From: Gammaproteobacteria bacterium
GTDB taxonomy: Bacteria > Pseudomonadota > Gammaproteobacteria > Natronospirales > REEB76
DNA length: 50,145 bases
Reading direction: 5' to 3'
Assembly (NCBI GenBank): GCA_050739495.1
Contig: JBOIBL010000045.1
Coordinates: forward strand, 1 to 50,145
Under the pieces are notes generated by a model that did not search any database, had not been told where the DNA came from, and worked only from the letters and a program-made list of their open reading frames with translations. Below, in pieces: positions 19,556 to 28,988 of this stretch. The position numbers were made by a program, and so were the translations under genes. The stretch's first letter is position 1. Every line of letters begins with the position of its first letter.

Positions 19556-20701
19556 TCACGGCAGTTTCGCTACGCACGGTTTCAGTGCGATGAAGTCCGC
19601 GTCGTGCCAAGTCTGTCCATTATGCAGATTCTCGGCTTCGCCGCACATCATATACAGGAGTTTGCCTTGTGAGAGACTCACTACAGAGGCTTCGCCGAGC
19701 AATGCGATCTTGCCGGAGAACGGAGCCGCGAGCGTCGGCGTGGCGATGGCGTGGATATTGCCAAAGCTGCCGTCGTTCTGGCGCGTGGCAGTGAATATTC
19801 CATAGGTGCCGTTGCGCACCGAGGTCCAGTACAGTGTGTTCTGGTCCGCAGTGATGAACGGCTGCGAATCATCGCTGCCGCTGACAGCGATACCGGGCAC
19901 GGGCTTGACTGGTGTGAAACTGCCGTTGGAATAGGTCGTGTAATAGAGATTACGGTTGGTATTGCAACTGGTACCAGTGCCGGCATCGTTGGCACGGTTG
20001 GATTCGAAATAGATCGTTACAGTCGTCGTCATTTCACCGACAATCTTGGCGTTGTCGTCGTTGCAGGCTTCGCTGTTGAACCCCAGGATGCCGCCCGGCA
20101 CCCATGTGCCGTTGCTCAGGTTCGCGTAATAAAGTGAAGCCCGGCCTGTGTAAGTATTAAATTGGGTATAGATCATGAGATCGCCCGACACGTTCACGGC
20201 CGGTGAAGCCTCGACGATTGACGGATCGGAGGAATTCATCGAACTCAGCGCCGCGGTCCAACCCGATGCGCTCAGGTCGGCCTCGAAGATCTTGAAGGTG
20301 TTACCGCTCAGACCGTTGGCCGGACCGGTAACGGTCTGCTGCGCCCCGTTGCTGATATAGAAATCGAAGAAATCATAGCGCGAGTAAGCATAGTAGAGCT
20401 TGAGACCGGAAGGTGCCGCCATCAGTGAATCGGTCCAGCCGCCTTGGGTCTGCACCGGTGCCGGCAGTTCGTGCAACTCACCCCAGCCATCCGCAAACGT
20501 CACGCCTTCCAGCACGTCACCCAGCGGAGGATTCCAGGGATCCGCGACAGCTGGGGGCGTCGAGGTTGACGACGGTGGCGCCAGAGTGGTCGAGCTGCCG
20601 CCGTTACAGGCTGATAATCCCGCCATCAGACCCAGCGCGGCAAGCGCATGAATCAGCCACTGAGGCTTTCGGTACTCCGGATTCGATCTGTCGCTGCTCA
20701 C
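19556..20701 (-). CDS. Lipoprotein, probably beta-propeller (TolB/PD40-like repeats), function unknown
   Basis: Lipobox LSAC followed by an S/T/P linker. Repeated LYYA / LYYAN / IYFESNR / LYYTT / LYWTS strands. Confidence 0.55.
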   Translation of the reverse strand: MSSDRSNPEYRKPQWLIHALAALGLMAGLSACNGGSSTTLAPPSSTSTPPAVADPWNPPLGDVLEGVTFADGWGELHELPAPVQTQGGWTDSLMAAPSGLKLYYAYSRYDFFDFYISNGAQQTVTGPANGLSGNTFKIFEADLSASGWTAALSSMNSSDPSIVEASPAVNVSGDLMIYTQFNTYTGRASLYYANLSNGTWVPGGILGFNSEACNDDNAKIVGEMTTTVTIYFESNRANDAGTGTSCNTNRNLYYTTYSNGSFTPVKPVPGIAVSGSDDSQPFITADQNTLYWTSVRNGTYGIFTATRQNDGSFGNIHAIATPTLAAPFSGKIALLGEASVVSLSQGKLLYMMCGEAENLHNGQTWHDADFIALKPCVAKLP

Positions 20702-20800
20702 CTGGCCCCCTGATGCTGGCCACGCTGGTGACGTTCGTCACTTGCCGGATCGTGGCATATGGCCTTAGTGTACCGCGCAGGGCACAATCCGGGGCTGACA

Positions 20801-21187
20801 ATGAACACCGCTGAATCGAAACATCACTACCGCAATTCCGGCGGATTGGCGGCCGCCCTGGTCGTCATCGCCATCGGCGTTTTCTTCCTGCTGGACAATT
20901 TTGGCATCAGTTTCGGTTTCATGGAGTATCACAACTGGTGGGCGCTGTTCATCCTGATCGGCGCCATAGGACCGCTCAGCTATGCAGTAGAGCGTTATCG
21001 CACGCAGGGGAAGATTGACGGTGCGGTCCTGCATTCGCTGGTTTCTACTGCCGCCATCGTCAGTATCGCGTTGATCTTCCTGCTCGACCTGTCATGGAAT
21101 CGCTGGTGGCCGTTGTTCATCATCTTTGGTGGACTGTGGATGCTGGCCAACAACTGGAAGCGGGATTCCGGCTCTCCCACCTCATGA
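20801..21187 (+). CDS. Small membrane protein with a LiaF/LiaI-like (DUF5668-type) transmembrane region
   Basis: Start trimmed to the ATG at 20801. Four hydrophobic segments. The motifs GVFFLLDNFG and WWPLFIIFGGLWML are typical of this family. Confidence 0.55.
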   Translation: MNTAESKHHYRNSGGLAAALVVIAIGVFFLLDNFGISFGFMEYHNWWALFILIGAIGPLSYAVERYRTQGKIDGAVLHSLVSTAAIVSIALIFLLDLSWNRWWPLFIIFGGLWMLANNWKRDSGSPTS

Positions 21188-21194
21188 AAGACAA

Positions 21195-21232
21195 ACCGGG
21201 TACCAATGCAACGCGTTGCATTGGTACCCGGT
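21195..21232. terminator. 38-nt perfect inverted repeat (19-bp arms) between convergent genes; a likely bidirectional terminator or REP-like hairpin
   Basis: ACCGGGTACCAATGCAACG / CGTTGCATTGGTACCCGGT, read directly from the sequence. There is no flanking T-tract. Confidence 0.5.
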
Positions 21233-21288
21233 ACGTGAAGATTGCGATCGCGAGCACCCTTCCCTGGGCATTCGCATCGCTAGGCTAT

Positions 21289-22800
21289 TTATAAATTCCT
21301 GGACCGTCTGGATGCGGCCTTCAATGTGAGTAGCATGGAAAGCAGAAGCAATGCCGGGAAGCCATCTGCACCGCCGCCGGCACTCGCAGCGTTATCGGTC
21401 GCCGACGATGAAATCGTCGACCGCGGCTCACTTCCCGAAGTTGCCTGGGTCTGAATGCGATACGAATACGCCATCCCGGGGCCGGGCATGGAACTGAACA
21501 AACTGCCGGCCGGGCTCGCACGCGAGACCGCATACGGCGAACCGATCACCCGCACCGACCCGTCTGCGGAGAGTGCTGCACTCCAGCCATAATCATCACC
21601 ATTGGCATCCGCAGGGTCATTCAGGGTCTGCGCAGCTTGCGATGACCAGCTGCCGTCGCTGTCACGCGTGAACACTTGTGCGATACCGGTGCCCGTGAGC
21701 AACCCGACCATCGCAGTGGCGCCGTCAGTGGAAAGCTTCACTGTATTCACGAATCCCGAGCCGGTCTGGGCCGTCGGCGCAGCAAATGCTGCAGCCTTGC
21801 TCCAGGTGTTGCCGGAACGATGGAAGACATAGGCAATCTTGCCGCTGCTCCCGTTACCGGCGCCTACCAGTGCAGTAGTGCCATCGCCGGATAATGAGAC
21901 GGTGGAACCGAACATGCTGCCAAGAGCGGCACTGGGGTCCCTGAGTACCGCATCCGGCGTCGTATGCCAGGTGCTGCCTGTGCCCGAGAAAAGATACGCG
22001 CGTCCTACCGGATCGGTGCTGCTGTAATCGTCGCTGCCGATCAGCGCCGTCTTGCCATCGGCCGAGAGCGCGACACTGGTACCAAAGAAATCATTCTGGG
22101 TCGGGACCGCTTCGGTGAGCACCGCCACGGGTGTCGGTGACCAGTTGCCGTTGCTGCGGACATAGACATACGCCTTGCCGGCCCAACCGATGCCATTGGC
22201 CGTCGCGCAATCTGCACCCACCAGTGCGACACCACCGTTGGCGGACAACGCCAGGCTCTGGCCGAAACAATCGCTACCGCCATCCGGATCCTCCAGCATG
22301 GCCAGCGGTGCGGTACCGTTATGCGCATCGAACACATAAACGCGCGGTGCGCCGCTGTCGCCACCGGAAGCCGCGACCAGCAGCGTCGAAGCATCACCGG
22401 ACATCACCAGGTTGGCGCCGAACTCATCAAGTTGCAACGGATCAGGATCGTTCAAAGTGAGTGTCGGTTGCTGATCGAAATTGCCGTTCTTGCGAACGAA
22501 CACATAAGCGCGACCAACTTGCGCGGCATTACCGGAGACAGTCGTCGCGATAGTCTCGGGTGCACCGATCAGCAGCGTGTTGCCATCGCTGGACAAACCC
22601 ACAGCTGCACCAAAGTCGTCGAAATTGTTTCCGTTCGGGTTTGACAGGGTGGTGGTGGGTACAACTTTGCCGGCAACAGGCGCGGTACCCGCGACGCTGA
22701 GTGCCGGTACCAACATGCTGGCTAGAAGCGGTAACAGGTAAGTAAACCTGGAACACCGAATCGTCAACTGGCATAGCTTCCGTATTCTCGACATGTCCAT
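21289..22800 (-). CDS. Secreted FG-GAP/integrin-alpha-like beta-propeller protein with a C-terminal sorting-signal-like tail
   Basis: There are about 7 repeats of the type FG.S(V/L)ALS.DG.T.L(I/V)GA...G.AYV(F/Y). The signal peptide is LLPLLASMLVPALSVAG. The tail reads GGGADGFPALLLLSMLLTLKAASRRSRNL. The start is ATG 22800 or 22794, after GAGGGAG. Confidence 0.7.
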   Translation of the reverse strand: MDMSRIRKLCQLTIRCSRFTYLLPLLASMLVPALSVAGTAPVAGKVVPTTTLSNPNGNNFDDFGAAVGLSSDGNTLLIGAPETIATTVSGNAAQVGRAYVFVRKNGNFDQQPTLTLNDPDPLQLDEFGANLVMSGDASTLLVAASGGDSGAPRVYVFDAHNGTAPLAMLEDPDGGSDCFGQSLALSANGGVALVGADCATANGIGWAGKAYVYVRSNGNWSPTPVAVLTEAVPTQNDFFGTSVALSADGKTALIGSDDYSSTDPVGRAYLFSGTGSTWHTTPDAVLRDPSAALGSMFGSTVSLSGDGTTALVGAGNGSSGKIAYVFHRSGNTWSKAAAFAAPTAQTGSGFVNTVKLSTDGATAMVGLLTGTGIAQVFTRDSDGSWSSQAAQTLNDPADANGDDYGWSAALSADGSVRVIGSPYAVSRASPAGSLFSSMPGPGMAYSYRIQTQATSGSEPRSTISSSATDNAASAGGGADGFPALLLLSMLLTLKAASRRSRNL

Positions 22801-23195
22801 GTCTCCCTCGTTTTGTTGCAGGCTCCGGATATTGGTCAGGACAGGCGACTCACTTCCGTGTAAGCAGGGCGTGATCCAGACACCCATTTAACCTGTCGCG
22901 CCATCCATGATTGACCAATATCCGAGATTTGATCCAAGGCTCTGCCGAAACATCAACACTCCCTGGTTGGTAACATTTAAGACCATTCGATACATATCGC
23001 CAATCAGCTCGTACCCCTATCCGATGTAGGGTATATCCCTAATATTGCGCAGTGGATTTGTGAATCACGCGTTCTGGTCATTTGCAGAAAGGTGGGCTTA
23101 TGTAGAAAACCGCACTGATGAGAGAAATTGGCTGGATTATGCAATTTCAATTGATATTTCGTATGCAAACGTCAGCCGAAGGATTTGCCGCTCTT

Positions 23196-24095
23196 TCAAT
23201 GCGCCACCCGGCAACGAACCGGGAACTGCAGGACTTCATTTTGTGAGCCCCTGTCAAGCGCCGGCCATGGTTCCGGTCTGTGCAGCAGATAACCCTGAAC
23301 ATGATCACAGCCGAGGGTCTGCAGGAAGTGCATTGTGTCCCGATCTTCCACGCCTTCGGCAACAGTCTCCATACCAGCCCGTTTTGCGAGCTTGCAGATG
23401 AATTCCACCATCGTCTGATCCACTGGAGTGGTGAGGATTTGTTTTACAAAACTTGCCGGAATCTTCAGATAGTTGACAGGTAACTGCTGCAAGTATCCGA
23501 GTGTGGAAAAACCCAGCCCAAAATCGTCGAGCGCGACCTCGGCGCCCATGCTCTGCATGCACGTTACAAACTCTTTCGCCGCATCAAGGTCAGTGATTGC
23601 CGCGGTTTCCGTTATCTCAAAGCAGATTCTTTCAGGCCGAGGACGATAATACGCCAGCGCTTGCACCACGTAGTCACGGAACTTCGGTTGGCTGACGGTG
23701 GCTCCCGAAACATTGAGGTTCACCCCTTCCGACAATTCTTCCCTGTGCTCCATCTCGCCGGCGAGTATCGAGAAGACTTTCCTTATCAGATAACGATCCA
23801 GAGAGTGGATCAGTCCGGACCGTTCCGCCACCGGGATGAACACGTCCGGGGGGATAACTCGCTGATCTTCCATGACCAGCCTCATGAGAATCTCGATACG
23901 GCGTTTTTTCTCGCCTGTGCTGCTCAATGGCACGCTCCTTTGCCCGAAAAGCGCTAACCGATCGTACTCGAGTGCGTGTCGGATAATTTTCAGGATCCGG
24001 TCTTCCCCGATCATCCGGTCACGCGTATTGCCGGCATTCTCACCTGGCAGCGGCTTCGTCAACCGCTCATCCGAAAGAACTGCAGATTCGTGCAT
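23196..24095 (-). CDS. Stand-alone EAL-domain protein (putative c-di-GMP phosphodiesterase)
   Basis: The EAL catalytic set is present: EILMR, NLNVS, EITE, DDFGLG, KIP, EGVE and QGY. The start is placed at the ATG at 24095. The ORF-track start (TTG 24116) lacks an RBS. Confidence 0.85.
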   Translation of the reverse strand: MHESAVLSDERLTKPLPGENAGNTRDRMIGEDRILKIIRHALEYDRLALFGQRSVPLSSTGEKKRRIEILMRLVMEDQRVIPPDVFIPVAERSGLIHSLDRYLIRKVFSILAGEMEHREELSEGVNLNVSGATVSQPKFRDYVVQALAYYRPRPERICFEITETAAITDLDAAKEFVTCMQSMGAEVALDDFGLGFSTLGYLQQLPVNYLKIPASFVKQILTTPVDQTMVEFICKLAKRAGMETVAEGVEDRDTMHFLQTLGCDHVQGYLLHRPEPWPALDRGSQNEVLQFPVRCRVAH

Positions 24096-24365
24096 CCTGC
24101 ACCTGTGGGTGATCAAACTAATGGATAGTTTGGGACATGAAGTGCGCGATAAGTATCCGTTAGAACACGGCTTTTTGGCGCTATCGGGTAGGGCAAGACC
24201 CCTAGAGACAAGCCCTGATGTCAGATGAGGAAGCGAGACAAGGCACCGTCTATAATAATGCCACTTGAGCTACGGATCTGACAGGCGAGCTGCCGATGAT
24301 TGGGAGAAAGATCGATCCCCGCATCGACGCTGAAGCCATGGACAGGCCGGTACGGTGGTCTCAGC

Positions 24366-27300
24366 ATGACTAAAAAATCGGGCCGGGTTAAGCAGAATGC
24401 CGATATCGTTGCGGCTGTCGTACCGCGGGCCATCGATCGAGCGCCTCATATCGTGGATAGGCCGTCGATAGATTCTGAAAAAACCGTGCAGGACAATGTG
24501 TCGGCAACGAAACAGACCCGCGGCTCGGAAGAACAATACCGTTTACTGTTCGAGAGCAACCCGCAGCCGATGTGGGTTTACGATACAGAGACACTGGGTT
24601 TCCTGGCTGTGAACCGCGCTGCTATCGAGCAGTACGGCTGGTCAGAACAGGAATTTATGAGCATGACCATCCGGGACATACGCTCGCCCGATGAATTGCG
24701 CGAATTCGAGCGGACATTGGCCGAAATTGAATCCGGCAGCATATCGCGCAGTTATACGAGACATCGCCGGAAGAATGGTGACGCTCTCGATGTAGATATC
24801 TCTGCCAATTCGATCGCGTTCGCAGGACGGCCCGCACGTCTGGTCCTGGCACACGACATCACCCAACGCAGGCGTGCAGAGCGAGCCTTGCGTGCCAGCG
24901 AAGCCAGTATGAACGCTGCGCAGCACATCGCCCATGTCGGGAGTTGGGAACTGGATCTGACTGATCTTAATAACGTTGACGACAATACAGTACGCTGGTC
25001 CGATGAGATGTTTCGGATTGCAGGCTATGAGCCTGGCGAGGTCCATGTAACGCCCGAGTTGTTCTTCGAGCATGTGCATGCGGAAGATCGGGAGAAAATC
25101 CGCGCGGCTGTCGAGACGGCGATTCGGGACCGCGGAAGCTATTCCATGATCCATGGCTTCACTCGTCGCGATGGAACACAGCGCATCCTGCACGAGATGG
25201 GGCAATTGATATATGACCCGCAAACGGGTCAGCCGCAGAAGATTCTCGGCACCGCCCATGACATCACCGAACAGGAACTGTCGCAGGCAGAACTGGTCAA
25301 GACCAACCGCGCACTGTTGATGTATAGCAGTTGTAGCGAAGCTCTGATTCGTTCCAGCGAAGAGGGTGAATTGCTTGAGGATATCTGCAGGATTGCCGTC
25401 GACATCGGAGGCTATTGCATGGCCTGGGTCGGCTATGCAAATGACAATGCAGCACGCACTATTACGCCCATGGCATATGCCGGGCACGAAGACGGCTATC
25501 TTGCGGAAATCAATCTGAGTTGGGATGCCGATAGTCCCTATGGTAAAGGGCCGTCAGGCCAGACCGTCCGCAGCGGTGAAGCACTGATCATCGAGGATCA
25601 CGCTCGGGAGCCGGCCTTCCAACCCTGGCTGGCACAAGCAAGACAACATGGCTATCAGGGCAGCGTTGCCCTGCCACTGCGTGACGGCACGCGCACATTC
25701 GGCATACTCAATCTGTATATCTCTGAAGGCAAGCATTTTGGCCAGGAGGAGATCAAACTCCTCATGAACCTTGCCAATGATCTGGCTTTCGGCATCTTGC
25801 ATCTCCACTCCCAGCGAGATAACAGCAAGATGCAAACTGCCGTACTGAAAGTAGCGACCAGTGTTTCTGCCAGCAGCAGCAGTGAATTCTTCGAGAACCT
25901 GGCTCGCAATATGGCAGATGCTGTCGGTGCGCAGATCAGTTTCGTGACCAGACTGCGTCCCGGGAAACCAGCCACCGCTTACACGATCGCAGCTGTAGTC
26001 GATGGTTCAGTAATCGAGAATTTCGACTACCCCCTGGAAGACAGCCCTTACGAAGATTACAAGTCCAAAAATGAGTACCTTGTCGACTCCGCACTCGCAG
26101 AGACTTATCCGTCGTCTCCATGTGTCAGATTCGGTGCCCAGGCCTATGCCGGCAGGCTGCTAAGGGATTCGCGCGGCACGCCTATAGGACTGGTGTCGGT
26201 CGGATTTGGCGAATCAATACACCAAACCGATTTTATCGCCTCTGCTCTCAAGATCTTCGGCGCGCGTGCCGCAGCGGAACTGGAACGGCTGGACGCCGAA
26301 CGCGCGCACCAATTACTCGAAGCACAATTGATCGAAGCACAGAAGATGGAGGCTATCGGAACGCTCGCCGGCAGGATCGCACACGACTTCAACAACATAT
26401 TAACTGCGATCATGGGTAACGCGGAACTGGCACGCCAGGACGTGCTTTCCAACCCCAGCGCCTGCGAAAGCCTGGCTGAAATAGAGAAAGCCGCCCTGCG
26501 CGCCAAGGAGTTGGTACAACAGATACTGTCGTTCAGCAGACGTCAGCCAACGGAACGCCATGTAATCGAACTGTTTCCGATTATCGAGGAATCGATTCGG
26601 CTGTTACGCGCAACCCTCCCGGCGCGCGTCGAAATCGTCCTGGCTGGCACAGCATTCAAACCGACCGTGCTCGGCGACCCGACCCAGATCGAACAGGTAT
26701 TGCTGAACCTGGGTACCAACGCTGCACACGCCATGGACGGCAAACCGGGGCGGATCGAGATTCGTTGCGAGTTGATCATCCTCGACCCGATGACGGGCAC
26801 TATCATCTCCCAGTTGCGGCCGGGGGAATATGCGCGGATTTCGATAAGCGATAACGGTCATGGCATGGACCAGGCAATCCTGCAACGTATCTTTGAACCA
26901 TTTTTTACCACCAAACCACACGGTGAAGGCACCGGTCTTGGTTTGTCCGCATCGCATGGCATCATGCGGCTGCACGATGGAACAATTGAAGTACGCAGTC
27001 AACCGCATGTAGGCAGTCGGTTCGATCTGTATTTTCCGGTCTCGCAATTGCCAGCCGTAATCTCCGACAAGCAGAAAGAAAAGATCGCGCCCAGCGCCGT
27101 TCAGGGACAGCATATCCTGTATGTAGATGACGATGAGGCAATCATATTCATGGTCACGCGCATGCTGAAACGGCTCGGATATCGGGTCAGCGCATATACA
27201 GATCAACAAACTGCACTCGATGCCTTGCAAAGCAATCCCCGGGATTTCGACCTGTTCCTGTCTGACTACAACATGCCCGGCATGTCAGGAGTGGATCTGG

Positions 27301-27479
27301 CTCGCCTGAGCCGTGTGATACGCCCGGAACTGCCGGTAGTATTGCTTTCCGGTTACATAACCGATGAGTTGCGCAAGCAAGCGGCAGCCTGTGGGGTTCG
27401 CGAACTGGTGTTCAAACCCAACACGACCAATGAACTCACAGATGTCGTACATCGCCTGACACGAGCCGCCAAACATTGA
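24366..27479 (+). CDS. Soluble hybrid sensor histidine kinase (PAS-PAS-GAF-GAF-like-HisKA-HATPase_c-REC)
   Basis: ATG at 24366. PAS regions: LLFESNPQPMWVYD... and VGSWELDL...RWSDEMFRI. H-box: GRIAHDFNNILTAI. N and G boxes: NLGTNAAHAM, DNGHGM and GTGLGLS. C-terminal receiver: ILYVDDDE...LFLSDYNMPGMSG. There is no transmembrane segment. Confidence 0.9.
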   Translation: MTKKSGRVKQNADIVAAVVPRAIDRAPHIVDRPSIDSEKTVQDNVSATKQTRGSEEQYRLLFESNPQPMWVYDTETLGFLAVNRAAIEQYGWSEQEFMSMTIRDIRSPDELREFERTLAEIESGSISRSYTRHRRKNGDALDVDISANSIAFAGRPARLVLAHDITQRRRAERALRASEASMNAAQHIAHVGSWELDLTDLNNVDDNTVRWSDEMFRIAGYEPGEVHVTPELFFEHVHAEDREKIRAAVETAIRDRGSYSMIHGFTRRDGTQRILHEMGQLIYDPQTGQPQKILGTAHDITEQELSQAELVKTNRALLMYSSCSEALIRSSEEGELLEDICRIAVDIGGYCMAWVGYANDNAARTITPMAYAGHEDGYLAEINLSWDADSPYGKGPSGQTVRSGEALIIEDHAREPAFQPWLAQARQHGYQGSVALPLRDGTRTFGILNLYISEGKHFGQEEIKLLMNLANDLAFGILHLHSQRDNSKMQTAVLKVATSVSASSSSEFFENLARNMADAVGAQISFVTRLRPGKPATAYTIAAVVDGSVIENFDYPLEDSPYEDYKSKNEYLVDSALAETYPSSPCVRFGAQAYAGRLLRDSRGTPIGLVSVGFGESIHQTDFIASALKIFGARAAAELERLDAERAHQLLEAQLIEAQKMEAIGTLAGRIAHDFNNILTAIMGNAELARQDVLSNPSACESLAEIEKAALRAKELVQQILSFSRRQPTERHVIELFPIIEESIRLLRATLPARVEIVLAGTAFKPTVLGDPTQIEQVLLNLGTNAAHAMDGKPGRIEIRCELIILDPMTGTIISQLRPGEYARISISDNGHGMDQAILQRIFEPFFTTKPHGEGTGLGLSASHGIMRLHDGTIEVRSQPHVGSRFDLYFPVSQLPAVISDKQKEKIAPSAVQGQHILYVDDDEAIIFMVTRMLKRLGYRVSAYTDQQTALDALQSNPRDFDLFLSDYNMPGMSGVDLARLSRVIRPELPVVLLSGYITDELRKQAAACGVRELVFKPNTTNELTDVVHRLTRAAKH

Positions 27480-27505
27480 CCTTCGCAAGTAATGGCAGCG
27501 AAATA

Positions 27506-28222
27506 TTACTTGACCTCGAATGCGAAATGAAATTCAGCGCCCACGCCTACTTCTGCCTCAGCCCAGATCTCGCCCTCCAGCATTTCGACGATGCGCTGCA
27601 CTCTGGCTAGACCAATACCCCTGCCCTCAAAATCCCCCTGCAGCCTTTTGAACGGTGCAAAGAGCTGGCCTGCGTAGCGCATATCAAAACCGGGGCCGTT
27701 GTCGCGTACCGAGATTACCTTCTTTTCCTGCTGTTGTTCACAACTGAATTCGATCTTCGGCCGCGGGGTTCTGGATGTGAATTTCCAGGCATTGCCGATA
27801 ATTTCCTGCATGACAATCTTCATCAATTGATAGTCGGTATCCAGGGTGATGCCGGGCTGAACCTCTACGGTCACTTGTCGATCAGGTTCTTTTTCCCGCA
27901 ATTCTGCAATTATTTCAGCAGCCAGACCGCTTATATCCAGCGTCCCGGGTGATACCAGGCTCTCGGACAAGTTCGCCATTGCCAGCAAGTCGTCTATCAA
28001 AAATGCCATCGCTCGCGTGGACTTGCGAATATTATCAATGAATGTCTGCGCGGTGCTGTCCAGGCTTTCGCCATATTCATCCTGCAGCAATTTGCTGAAT
28101 GAGTCGATGACGAATACGGATGTCCTCAAATCGTGCGAGACCGCATACATATACATATCCCGGTCCCTGCTGATTGCCGCGTGCAGGCGCGCAAATTGCT
28201 TCGGAGACGAGTCCTGGTTCAT
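27506..28222 (-). CDS. Sensor-less histidine kinase core (HisKA + HATPase_c only, 238 aa)
   Basis: The H-box AVSHDLRTSV starts about 27 aa from the N-terminus. The N, G1 and G2 boxes are IIGNAWKF, DNGPGF and GRGIGL. There is no transmembrane or sensor domain. Confidence 0.85.
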   Translation of the reverse strand: MNQDSSPKQFARLHAAISRDRDMYMYAVSHDLRTSVFVIDSFSKLLQDEYGESLDSTAQTFIDNIRKSTRAMAFLIDDLLAMANLSESLVSPGTLDISGLAAEIIAELREKEPDRQVTVEVQPGITLDTDYQLMKIVMQEIIGNAWKFTSRTPRPKIEFSCEQQQEKKVISVRDNGPGFDMRYAGQLFAPFKRLQGDFEGRGIGLARVQRIVEMLEGEIWAEAEVGVGAEFHFAFEVK

Positions 28223-28328
28223 TGATGCGAGCTTCCGTTAAAATGAATGATGATATGCCTGACGGCTCAAGCCAGGAATGCAGCCGCCTGAAGCTGGAAA
28301 GATTGGCCGTACGTAAGGTCTGGCTCAG

Positions 28329-28988
28329 CTAATCGCTGGCGCTGATCAAACCTTTATGGATGGCATATCTGACCATCCCGGATACGTCATGCACCTGCAA
28401 GCGACGCATGATTTCGGCCCGGTGCGCCTCGACCGTCTTGATGCTGATACCCAATTCTCTTGCGACCTGCTTGCTGCTATAACCCGATGCTACGTGGCGC
28501 AGTATCTGATTCTGCCGGGGGGTCAGTAAATCGTCCTTTTCGGACTGTTCACCCCTGGAGACGTAGCCCCTGACCACCTGGCGGGAAATCGCAGGGCTTA
28601 GATAGACCTCGCCTGCCGCGACCGCACGGATACTCAGTTCAAGTTCACTGGCAGCACTTTCTTTCAACAGATAACCCGAGACACCCATGCTGAGGGCATC
28701 ACGAACGTATTCTTCCTTGGCGTACATGGAAAATACCAGCACCCGGGTATCGGGAGCCTGTTCCAGAACAACTTTCGCAGTGTCTATGCCGCTGCCTTCC
28801 GGAAACCCCAGATCCAGCAACAGGACGTGCGGTTTGTATTCGAGTACCGCCGGCAATATGTCGGCAACCCGACCCACCTCAGCAACGATGTTCACATCCT
28901 GATACGACTCGATCAGCATTCGCATGGCAGCACGGACCAGATCATGATCATCTGCCAGCATCACGTTGATTGCAGTCGAGGTATTCAA
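28329..28988 (-). CDS. NarL/FixJ-family response regulator (REC + LuxR-type HTH)
   Basis: TTG start 7 nt after AAGGAG. VMLADDHDLVR...LLLDLGFPEGSG...; C-terminal LTPRQNQILRHVASGYSSKQVARELGISIKTVEAHR. Confidence 0.9.
   Translation of the reverse strand: MNTSTAINVMLADDHDLVRAAMRMLIESYQDVNIVAEVGRVADILPAVLEYKPHVLLLDLGFPEGSGIDTAKVVLEQAPDTRVLVFSMYAKEEYVRDALSMGVSGYLLKESAASELELSIRAVAAGEVYLSPAISRQVVRGYVSRGEQSEKDDLLTPRQNQILRHVASGYSSKQVARELGISIKTVEAHRAEIMRRLQVHDVSGMVRYAIHKGLISASD

Noticed and set aside
23045-23401. A 118-aa plus-strand ORF spanning the FG-GAP/EAL intergenic region.
   Set aside because: Its 3' half is antisense to the EAL gene, its composition is not protein-like, and it has no RBS.
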